Assembly: GCA_977016875.1 (NCBI GenBank)
Contig: CDRNST010000175.1
Span: 1,364,001 to 1,428,000 of the forward strand
DNA: 64,000 nt
Source: Pavona decussata
Lineage: Eukaryota
Reading direction: 5' to 3'
Each line of letters begins with the position of its first letter. Position 1 is the stretch's first letter. This document shows positions 12,959-24,900 of this stretch, one piece after another. The notes under the pieces are model-generated. The model searched no databases, was not told the origin of the DNA, and saw only the letters and a program-made list of their open reading frames with translations. Both the position numbers and the translations under genes were made by a program.

Positions 12959-15900
12959 GGTTGGTTGGTGGTTGATTAAGTGATTGGTTAGTTGGTAGCA
13001 GGGTTGTCTCAGATATGATATTAAAGATCTACTATAGCTCACAGATAGATGAAGTTCACGGTGTTCATTTCGTCGAGGACTCACAGTCATAATTGATTCA
13101 CCTATGCACGGTCAATAATTCAATATCTGATTTCTTTTTGTTCCAGATGCAAGGAGAAAACTTGCTTTCATCGGCAAAGAGGGCTACGATATCTTCGGAA
13201 ACAACAAACTGTTTGCACCACGAATTAAGTGGGAAGAACTGATGAGGAAAGCTGAATCATTAGTGTCGTCTGCCCTGAGTTATGAGAAAACTTACAATAA
13301 CATCAAAGCTTCCATAGAAAACAATGGAGCGTTTGAACAAGTATGTGGTAATTTGAGATTGGTAATCCAAATTGGTTCATACAACTGCCATGATATATGT
13401 ATTACATCATTACGTCATAAACATGGCATGGTGTCAGAAGTGCTAGAATTCAAACACAGTTTAAAACACGAAAATCTCGCTCAAAATGAGTTAATTTAAG
13501 GCACCCTCACCGCTAACTCTAGAGGGAAATGTTGCAGGTAACTGGCGTAAGTGGAAACAGCGATTTCAACTGTACATGGAAGCTTCAGGATCAATAAAGA
13601 AACCCGAGAAGCAACAAGTCGCCATATCCTTCATTTCGGAGAAGAAGCACTGGAAATTTACAACACATTCTCGTTATAGCCTAAAACCAAAGAATGGCTG
13701 GAAGCCTACTACAGTTACAAAACTTGACCATACCCCTCGTTCAGTAATTGTGACCAGCAATAGCACTCTCTACAGGCGAAACAGGAGAGACATCATCAAG
13801 ACTCCGGATGTTAAGAAAGACACCATCACGAGTCCAACAAGTGACAGAGGGATCACTAAGAGCCCAGGAAGTCACATCATCAAGACCCCTGATATCATTC
13901 GAACTAGATCTGGCCGAACTATCCGTCCACCCAGACTAAATGACTTTGAATATTACTAGTTGATTAAGGACTTTTAATCATTAACACGTTGCTAGGCCGA
14001 GTCGTCATCGTCAGCTGAAAACGTTAACTGTGTAATGGTCTTTGACATAAGGTCTTGGACAATGAACAGTGGACAATGCCGACATTTAGATTGCATGTTT
14101 ATTACTCCTCATATTCGTTAGAGGGGAGATCATTCGTTGTCACGTGGTCTTTCATTAACATCGCAACAACTTCCTAACAGATCAGAACCAGCGACCAAAG
14201 TAACAATAGGCTAAATCAAGAGAAGCCTTTTATCAGAGGAAACCAAGACATACCACTGCACGTTCAACAAGACCATTTGCTACTTATATTTCTATTTATG
14301 ATAGCATTATGAATTCAGTGTCATGCTCTTTATAGATGGCCCAACAGATGTCCGAATTAGCTGGATTACAATTTAATGTGGAGGAGGAGCGTTTGATAGA
14401 AGCAAGGCTGGTCTCCCTGGACGAGAAGGAACTTTACGTTCAGGTAACAAAAATCGAGCGTTTTATAAACTGGTTCTAAAAGGACTCTCGAACGTTCTGT
14501 TCCCGCTTGAACAAATTACCAATGCAAAGAAAAATAGCGAGCCATTTTCCTACCACATACGTTCCATATATTCAAAGCAAACTCACATGCATTTAAAAAA
14601 ATAAAACGGACGAAGATGTCGCAAAATCAACCAGCAGGGTTTCGGTTGAGAAAAAATCTCCATTAAATAATCCCTTATTCAATTTGGTTGAAACAAGTTA
14701 AACAGGCCTTTAAATGTTTGACGAACATGCCTACAAAACATCACTGTAACGAGTATATTTTATTCCATGAGATGCTAGATTTTGTCTTTCCCACAGTCAA
14801 TACAATATTTAGAGTCAGAGATGGAAGGCATGATGATGAGATTGAAGCATATGCTGCAAGACGTTTACAGTCAAGCCAAGCTTAATCGAGATGATTTCTT
14901 AGCAATTCTTCAGGGCGTCACAGCATTCGCGAGTGGTAGGATCGGCGGAGATCCCTTTGTAGCTATTGACGGGGCGTTAGGGACAATAGCCAACCTGGCA
15001 GATACAGAATGCCTTGGAGAGCTCGACAAAATGAAGGAAAAACTTAAAAAGTGGTTGACATTTGGTCAAAACTACACTCCTCTGTTGGACTCAGGCGATT
15101 TAAATTTCAGTCAGATGGACGTTGATTCCGTTCCAGAAGTTATGCAGGTAACACCAAATCTTGGGCGCGATCCCTAGGGCCAAAATTCCCGTTTGTCAAA
15201 TGGAACAGTATTTTCCATTTCAAAGGGCCAGACAACCAAAGGACCACATCCAGAGGTTCTGCAAAATTTTGGAAACGAACTTTTCCGTTACATTCGATTC
15301 TGTACCGGAATTTCCGGAAATTCTGGTTGAATGGATCGCGCCCCGTATATGCCGCTATTTTTTTTTTACACACAGCCAACCTGACCCCAGAGTAACTGGT
15401 TGAACTGAAAACAAGATGATAATCTACTAAATCTCTGTCAGGGAGAACTCGATAAGGCTACTTGCCGGTCGTAAGTGCAGATGTATTACCAAATACAAGA
15501 CAATTTCAAAAATTACGCTGCCAAGGAAGGAAAGGATTTTTTTGTTAAATTACGCGCCAACTCTATGTGCTTATACGTGTCTTACATATAGATCAGGGTT
15601 TTTTGTGGTTCAGATAGGAGAAAGAAGAAGTCTTTCTCTATAGAAATCTAGTCATAGGTATTAAAACATGAAGAAACGTCTTTCTGATTTTTAATAGACC
15701 TTTTAATTCATTATAACATGTTTATACCAATGAATAGTAAAGAGGATCGATGAAAGGAGAACCAAACTAACAAACCAGAAACGCAAACGAACGTGCAAGT
15801 AGAAGAACCAGCGAACGGAAGTTCTGGAGCGGAGTAAACGGATAGCAAAATGACCGAGTTAACGATCAAACGGTCCACTAAGGCCTCACCACCAAGAACC

Positions 15901-18900
15901 AGTAACGAACGCTAGAAACTGGATGAACAGCTGAACGACCGAGTAAACAGCTACTTTGATGATATGGGCTTCAAATGAAAGACCTGTCTTGTCAGGGCTT
16001 TCAGCTGTTGATCCGGTTTCGTGCTCTCATTCACTCGGTTTTTTGTTCCCTGTTTTCACTGGTGAGTGCTTTTTTGACCGTGTCATTGTTAACTCGATCA
16101 TTCGGCTGTCATCATCATCATCATCATCATCATCTTTATTTATTTAAACACGGAATCCCTTTCATAAAAATGCTCTTCCAGAGAGCCATGTAAAAGATAC
16201 AATAAATCGTACCATAGGGAAAATAGGAGTATTAGTCTTAAGTATATATTAATAAATTACAAATATAATACAATATGGAAAACATATGATAAAGCATACA
16301 ACAGGAGATAATTAGAACTATAATGTATAAATAGGAGACTAAGGTCTTAAGGGCTGTCTGTTTGCTCATCCGGTTGTTCGTTCACTCTTTCTTAGTTCCA
16401 CTTGTTTGTTCGTTTGCGTTTCTGGTCGTTTTCCCGTTTCTCCTTACTATTTACTGGCATAAACATGTTATAGAAATGAAATAGATAACAAGTACACGAT
16501 GAAAATTATCGGAAAAAAACATGTTATAAACTATTCAATTGAATTAATTAAAAGCTATATAAAAACATTACGAAAAAGGGTCTTCATGTTTTAATACTTA
16601 TGGCTGCAATGCTTTAAAACACCACTGGTATAGATGTATTATTTGTAGTCTTTTATCTTTGGAGTTTGGATATCAAGTTGGAAGTACGCGGTACTACCTT
16701 TACTGGCCACTCTCTTAGTCTAATATAGTACTGTCCCACCAGTGTAATCGCAATATACATCTGTGGCGAACTCGTTGAACTTGAACTTAAACTCTGAGTG
16801 TTTGTCCGTAGTACAATAATCGTGAATTAAACCTTTAATTGTTTCAAATGCCTTTCAGGCCAGCCTTGGGATGAACAAAGAAGCCTTAACGAGTCAGCTT
16901 GTTTGCATGTTAGATGTGACTTCGCTGCCTGAAAGTTCACTTGTAGCAGAATTCAAACAACATATTGAGTCGTTTTTTCTAACCGGAGAGCAACGCATTG
17001 AACTGATAGCAAAAGTAATGGACCTGGATAATGAGATCGGTGGACTCAACTTCGATATCCAACTTTTCCAGCAGACACGAGAATCGATAACAAATAATCA
17101 AGAACCACAAGGTACTTGTACCTTTTTAGAGGTCTGAAGTTTTAGTGTAATTTAATTTTTCCTTATTGTCTTAACAACCTGCAGCTTAGGTTGGTACCTG
17201 CCGTTAAGTCGGACGCTAACGAGTGGTTCGAAAAAAGCAAAGTAGCAAAGTAATTTCCAAAACTATTGTACCCCCCCCCCCCCCTCCCCTTCGCTACACA
17301 CACACACACATTCATCTCTTTTCAGATTCATTTCGTCGGATTCGCAATTTACGTTTAGGTTTTTTCGAAGAAACAGAAACTAAATGGCCACCTTCTCAAG
17401 AATAATCGGAAGTTTGAATAGATGAGAAGTAATGTAATTTACGAAAAGGGTCCAGTTATTGTTTAATGTGTAAAAAGTGAATTTTTATAGATTGAGAGAG
17501 AAAAACACAAAAATGTTCCTTACAGTACCATCGATAAACCTAAATGGGTGGTGACTTATGTGGTTGTGGTTGAAAACCGTTGTTTGGACCATTCGGATTG
17601 ATGTTCTTCAATCAACAGGACCTTTTATATGATTCTTGCATCCTTGCTATCACTGTCCTGGCAGCAATTTACACTATTGTCATAGGTACTCTAAACCCAA
17701 AGTGTTAACGTAATTCATAACATGATTTGTGTGTTTTTCACTACTTTGACAATACCTGATTTTTATTTTTAAGTCGGCGGTAGAGTTGTCAAAAGTGGAC
17801 TTTTCAAGTTGTGTAACTTTGGTTGTCAGTAACTGGTCTGCATCCCCACTCTTACGAAACTAAGTTCGTCATTATCAAGTCTGCATTTAAGTACCTCAGT
17901 GTAGTAAAGGGGAGGGGGGAGAGGTTACAATCACGACTCACGTACCTATTTGTCTTCCAATCATGAATCACGCGTACATTTTACAGCATTTCACGAATTC
18001 TGCATTTTGATGTATTTTGTGCCGGAAACTGGCTTCGGTGATTAGTTAATTTGCTTTCAATTTAGTTTCAGTAGGTTAGATGTTGCAAAATTTCCGTCCC
18101 AAATCCTTGCCAAATCCTTGCCGTGTCCAGCGGCAAGACTATAGATGAAGTGAATACTCTAATTCTCGAAATTAACTGGTCCCATGTAATACGCTCCTTA
18201 CGTATGAAACCTTTTCCTCAAAATCGTGGATTTTGAGAACAAATACGACCATAACAACAGAAGCACAGATCTAGACACACTTTTTAAAGCATAGTTTTCG
18301 ATATTGTGGTTCTATGCGTTGGAACAATTTGTCAGTGAATTTCGCAGAGAGATAGCCTATCTATCTGATTTAGTGCTTCCCCGTTCTCACGCTATGACCA
18401 TGTAATAAGACTGGAAGTAATTTATTGTCTTGTAACAACATTTATAGCTATGTAATGTGTCTGACCACCCAAGCAGTATTTTGTACAGATACATCAATTG
18501 TACGTTTGGTTTTAGGGGGTTCTGCCTTGAGTGGAGACCTTCGCCTGACATTCTTGGAAAATCTCCTCGCTAGTTACAACAGGATTGAAGAATCGTTTAT
18601 GAAGACAGTTTACAGGTTGCGAAAAGCTATAAACTTCCGAACGCTGTGGGAAGTGGACAGTCCATTGGCAACATTCAGACGAATAGCAAGTGAAAACGCT
18701 GGAGGAACCGGCAAACTAAATGCAATGACTGAACTTGTGTCAGTCCTGCAAAACGTTGAGACGATTGAAAACCAAGCAGTGAGGTGTTTCACTACCAATA
18801 TATACACACCTGGTATTAAAAGATGGACTTTCGACAGTGTAAAGAATAAATCGGTAGGCCTTAAGAACGATGGGTCCCAAATACCATACCAACACCCGCT

Positions 18901-21900
18901 TTTCTAGATATAAGACGCACTAATCCAGGATTTGCCTTTCATAGGTATTCGATAGTCTACATGCTGACGGTTTTACTACATTCACCATCAATATTGACAG
19001 CAGTTGCTCCACCTGCTATAACATCAGGCTATTACAGGTATGTAATAATAGTAACGTATTATCAGATACTAGATAACCTCGACCAGCTGCAAACGTATTT
19101 CTCGCTAAATTGTTACGAGGGACAAAAATGCCATATTAAATGAGCGCCAGGATTGTTAAACTAGAGATTGGGACAGCGCTAAATATTTTTCTGCCGCGCT
19201 CAAATCGAAAAATAGCATCGATAAATGTGTTTGAACTAGCCTCATGGTACAGTTTCCAATTACTCAGCATCATAATATAGCGAGTACAAGGCGATACTTT
19301 CGGATAGTGTCGCTCGTTTCCAAAGTCTTTTCAAGCCCTAGGGCATTACTATAAATAGTAAATTTGTAGACAAATTCGAAATTTCTGTAAGTGGCCCTAT
19401 ATTTATAAACGATAGAAGCCCTTTACGTTTGCGGCAAGAAGACACTAGTTTAGGATTCACACAGTGCCCAACCCAAAAAAGGACTTAGTGTCCTTACTAG
19501 AATCCTGTCACTTTACTTTTGAAAAACTTTCTGTCGAAACGCCGGACGTTTTCCTGGGGTGTCAGTCTATTATCGAGTGTTGTGAAAGCGCCACCAGAAA
19601 TATGATACTTTCCAAAGAACGTCATCGTTATGCAACGGGAATGAACAGTATAGTAACAGTGGCGATATATATTTTGGCGCAACACTCGGAAGCCAATTTT
19701 AGACTAAGTTATTTCTTAACATGCCTTTCATATTTAAACAGTCAACGCACTGATAAATCACTGATAAATGTATCCGAGTCTCGTTCACTTCCGTTGTGAC
19801 CATTGATTTCTCCAGCCATAAGATCTCAAACGAGCCGATGATTTCAACTTCTTTGCGTCACAGTTGAAGACAAATTTGCTTAGGTGATTTATCATCCAAG
19901 TTGAACTATTGGAGACAAGATGCGTGCTAAAGGACTCTAATCAGCAAATCTTGATGAAATCAAACGAGCGACGTCGCCGAGAAGCCAAACTGAAAGCAAT
20001 TTCACGTTACCAGAGCGCGCGCTTTACTAACGCTATATTTTATGTGTTATACAACGATCTACAACTACAGACAAATACTAAAAAATGAATGTACATATAT
20101 ACAAAAAATGTTACTGTATATATGTTATAAATAAACTTTTTCTCTAAGTGACAGAATCTGCAGGCGACGTTTTCTGCCAACTCCTTATGCCACTTGGATT
20201 CATGGAGCAATTTCTATTAAAACAATTTATGGTAGTTTTTGTAACACATTTCGGTCCAAATTAATCACGATTTCATTAGCAAGGTGTTAGTCTTCGGGAA
20301 ACAAATCACGGTAGGGAGCTACATTTCCCGTCGCTTTTCTCTTAATATTTCGTGGAATAGCTTCAATCGACTGAAAACAGCGTAGGTAATTGGTCTTTAT
20401 GTTCAGTATATTTTTAAATTCATTAAAGCAAAGAAACTACCATTAGTATTTCAAGACACGTAAGGAACTCTATGTTCGAACCAGAATAAAATAGTGTTGG
20501 CTACAGTTATCGACTTATTATTCCAAAGAGTATATGAATTTTTGTTTGGAAAAAAGAGCTAAATTGTGAGTTAAGGCTGCGATATTGTAATTACATTTGA
20601 GAAGAAAGTGGCTACCATAGAGATAGAAATTCGGATCGAATCCCCTCCTTTTTATCATCCGTGTCACCCAGAAGTCTGCCAATCCAGGCTAGGCGTTAAG
20701 ATATTACCAATACGTAAAAACGAATGAAAATCATTCCTCCTCTTCTGATACATGACTATTCTCTTCATTTTGTCCTTTTTTTTTTCATAGAAAGGCAAGC
20801 GGAAAGGTTTCTCTAAACGGTTTTAATGAGCGGTGCAGAAACAGTCAGCATAGAAACTGCATGCACCGATTGCGATATACCTACGGTGTAAAACCTTCAT
20901 AACCAAACGGAACGGCTTAGTTTGTTTACTTTACTGCTTGAAAACATAACGTAAATAACGTAGGACACAAAACGTTTGACGAAAGCGAGATTAATATTGG
21001 TAATTGAACTGAGTGGAGTGCAATTTGGTCTGAAATTATACGCGTGATTTCAAAATCAAACGAGCGCGCAGCGCGAGTTTGATTTGAAATCGCAAGTATG
21101 ATTTCAGACCAAAATTGCACGACACAAAGTTTAATTACCACTTAATTACATCCATTTTGAAATCACAGAGTATCATTGTCAATATTAATATTCTATTTGT
21201 GTTACTTCATTTCCATTTTGATGTGCTAAAGAAAGGATGCGATTTAGAGCAAAAAATGGTGCAATTTGGGAATAAATTGCACCATTTTGGACCAATCAGA
21301 TTCCAAGGATCACCAGCGATTTCAAAATGGATGTATAAATAGACTCCATATTTCTGCTTTGTCTTTTGAAGGCATCTTTGAGAAAAACATTGTTTCTGTC
21401 TGGTCTATTTATACCTGAAAATGTGTTTTCTATGTTACAGAAATACACTCAACTAATATGAATACTAACGAACTCTAATCATCTTGGTTTTCCAAGCCGG
21501 GATACTTGGCGGTGTCACTGATTGATAAAATCCATCTCTTTTTTGTAAAACATACCATGGCATTTCGTCCAATACGTGTCTACCTGTCAATGGGATTCAA
21601 ATTCTATTAATATACAGAATGTTTGGCATATGAGCAAGACCAACCGGGCCAGTAAGCAGAGGGTCAGATTCGGCTTATATTGGCTTTAGTTAAACATTTA
21701 AAGGTAAAAAAAATAAGGGAAGAAATTTAAAAAAATAATAATTCGGTGATAGGTATAGGTTGGCGTCGCCAGTCAGTAGAATAGTCAATAGTGACCCTAT
21801 GAGGCAACCAAAGAAAGGCCTATTGGTTGCTGCTGCTTTTTTAACAGTTGGCACGTTTCAATTACAAAACAAATGTTTGCACACAGATACCTTCCCTATT

Positions 21901-24900
21901 AGTAGTGTCATGACAGTAGCTAGCACTACCCCAGAAAAAAAGTGGCCGCATAAGAGGATGACTTATTTTTACCTTTCTTGCTAGTTGCATATCGAGCTAA
22001 CAGGTGAGGAGCCCCAAGCAAGCACAGTCCCTCGTATCATTCAAGGCAAATTGCGCCATCTCAGTGCATCCTACTTCCGGGCTGGGGATGGCAGCACCAA
22101 GTTATACCATCAGGATTTGGGGTCCTATAGACAGGTGCCATTTAATCGGTTTACGATCACTGATGTCCAGGCTTGCCGAGAAGCAGAACAGAGTGGGACA
22201 AGTAAGTCTCCAAACGAGGAAAATATGAAATATTAGCATCTCTGTTAAACTATTCGTAGGCATTCATAGCCAACGCAGAGAGCAAAAGGAGGGTTGTGGG
22301 CAGTTCGGTGTAATATTAAAATTGAAAGAGCTGGAAACATCACAACATAATACAATTTGATAAATTTCATTATTTTATTACCCAGAACGGCTTCTCTTCA
22401 ATCTTTTATCGAGAAGGACTATAATATTGATAATACTGTTTACTGTAAAATGAATGGTTAATAACTTCTTTAAAAGTTTTAAATACTTAATTGACCAAAT
22501 AAGCAAATATGTATTTGTTTTAAATACTTAATTTCTTACATACTTTGTAAGGCGCATTTGATCATATCCACATGTTAATTTGCGCCATAGAAATATTAAT
22601 TATTATTAATTATTATTATTGACCTCCAACGTTTCGATTCCCTGCACATCTTCACTGTGACGAAATAAGCGAGCTACGTTATACAGTTTAAAACAGGGCG
22701 GGTAGTTGAAACGTGTTCTCTACCCTCCACCCGCCGTGCTTTGAAGTAACGGTGAGCGCGTACAAGATGTAGAGTAAGAAAAAACTAAAAGTGATGACAA
22801 ATTGGCGAGCTACGAGAGGCTAATTGAAAGCGTGTGCATGTGAAATGCTCCCCAGAAACAGAGTCAGAGAACACAAAATTGATGTTCAGTCCACTTGGAC
22901 GAAGGGTGCCCGGCTAAAAGATTTGTCTTGTTTCTTGCTGCTTGCGGCAGTTGCTACAGCCAATGCGTTACTTCAGTTCACAGACCATGGGGTCTTTCAG
23001 AGAGTGGGAAGCGGACTTAAACTGCTCAGCCCAGAGAAGCCTAGGAGATCGGTTGTGAATGTTGTGCGGGTGCACCGTGGGGTCTCAACTTTTGACCTTT
23101 CTTTTGTCACCAGTGTCATGCATCAAACAAACTTCAGCTCTTGTGTCATTCTTATACTTTTTTAATGTAACGGCATTCCTGTCCTTTTCATTTCTATTTT
23201 ACTCCAAGTGAACTCCGTGTTTTGCATCAACCAAAATGATGATCGGTGGAAAACAATGTGCACACATCCTCTTACTCGTAATCAAGGTGACGATCGTCTG
23301 CTCGGGATGGAGGAATGCAGAAGCCCATTTGGAAATTACGAGCTCCACATTCCAGTGGACGAAGAACTGTCCTGCAGTGATGATATACCAATCACACATC
23401 TGAACTGTCGCGACTTGGATGTAAGTTATTGAAGTTCTAACTTACAAACTGCAGTGACGGGGCCGCGGAATCCTAAGTAAACACGTTTTAACTTGCATCG
23501 AAACATTTTCGGCTTTTGAACTTGATGGCAAGTACAAGGTTGTACCCTCGGATAATTATTGTCGCTCGTTACTTTTTAAGCACTAGGGCACTTCAATAAA
23601 ACACAAATTAATTTTTTTTACAAATTCTAAACGTCTGTGAGTAGCCCCAAATTTTTGAAAGATAGAGGCCCTTTACGTTTGCGGTAAGAATAAACTAATA
23701 TAGGATTCACACAGGGCACAACCCAAAGAGGGCTTTTAGTGTCCCTACTACAATCTGTTACTGTACTACTGGAAATCTTCCAGCCGAAAAGACGGACATT
23801 TTCCTAAAGTGTCAGCCCTGAGTAAACATGTTTTAACTAGCGTCGAATTCAAACCATTGGGGCACGAGGCCTTATTTCCTTGAAGAATAAGTTGGGGGCC
23901 TACGCCCCCTGGGTCTATTCTCTAGATCCACCACTGAACTGTGGTGAGTTCCCCTAATTTAACATCGTTTTTAACTTGAGACGCTAGAAACATTTCAAAC
24001 AAACTGGTTCGTTCTGTTTGCTTTCGGTGAGACTGCAGTAACTTTTTGTTATTTCATGGACACAATTTAATTTAAGCAGACGGCATTCATGGAACCTCAC
24101 GATTGACTCGAACAGAAACATTGACTATTCTTTTTTTCATTGTTCACGAAGGTTATGTCATATTCCTTGTTAGCTACGATGAACTTCTTTTTTTTTTTTT
24201 TTTTATTAATGTAATTCTTAAAAAGACAAATGTCAGGCAATATAAACCTGGTGGACTATCTGCACCAGATAATGTGAATACAATGATATTTCCCGGTAAT
24301 TACGGCTCAAATGGGTGGAACATTTCTCATTACCTTAAATTCAAAACTATTGAAACTCAGTGCCCGAATCGAGCTGCTTAAAAAAAACTATGCAATGTGA
24401 AATTGTCGCGGGAACATCTACTCTACATACTTTTAAAAGTTCCGTAGGAATTGTAAAGGTCCTTCTCCTTTTGTAAAGCACCTGGGCAAGGTCTCCTTCT
24501 ACATATTCATTTGTCCCCTATTCAGGATCTTAAGAGCCTAAAAACACATTTGAAACAGATAATGACAGTTATTTGAAGACCTTATCTGTCATATATTATC
24601 TTTAGGAGTCATATAAATCCTACTGTTCCGTTTTGATTATTCTATGAACCAAGCCAAGAGGGGTCGCAAACCATTTGAAGTTTGAAAATGCGAAATTACT
24701 TACATAAGTTTACTTTGGGTATCCTGCTCGACTTGCAAGAAGACACAAGTTTAAAGACATTTACAAAATAACAAAGAGCTGAACTTGGCCGTCAATTCGA
24801 GTCTGTTTAAAGTGAACACAAGGCATTAAAAGCTACGTGCGACTCCACTAGGGCATGGCTTTGAGCCTGAACCCGTTTATAACCCCTGCATTACTTTACA

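Noticed and set aside
15956-16193. ORFs with poly-His or poly-Ser
   Set aside because: Translation of a (CAT)n microsatellite inside an intronic repeat.
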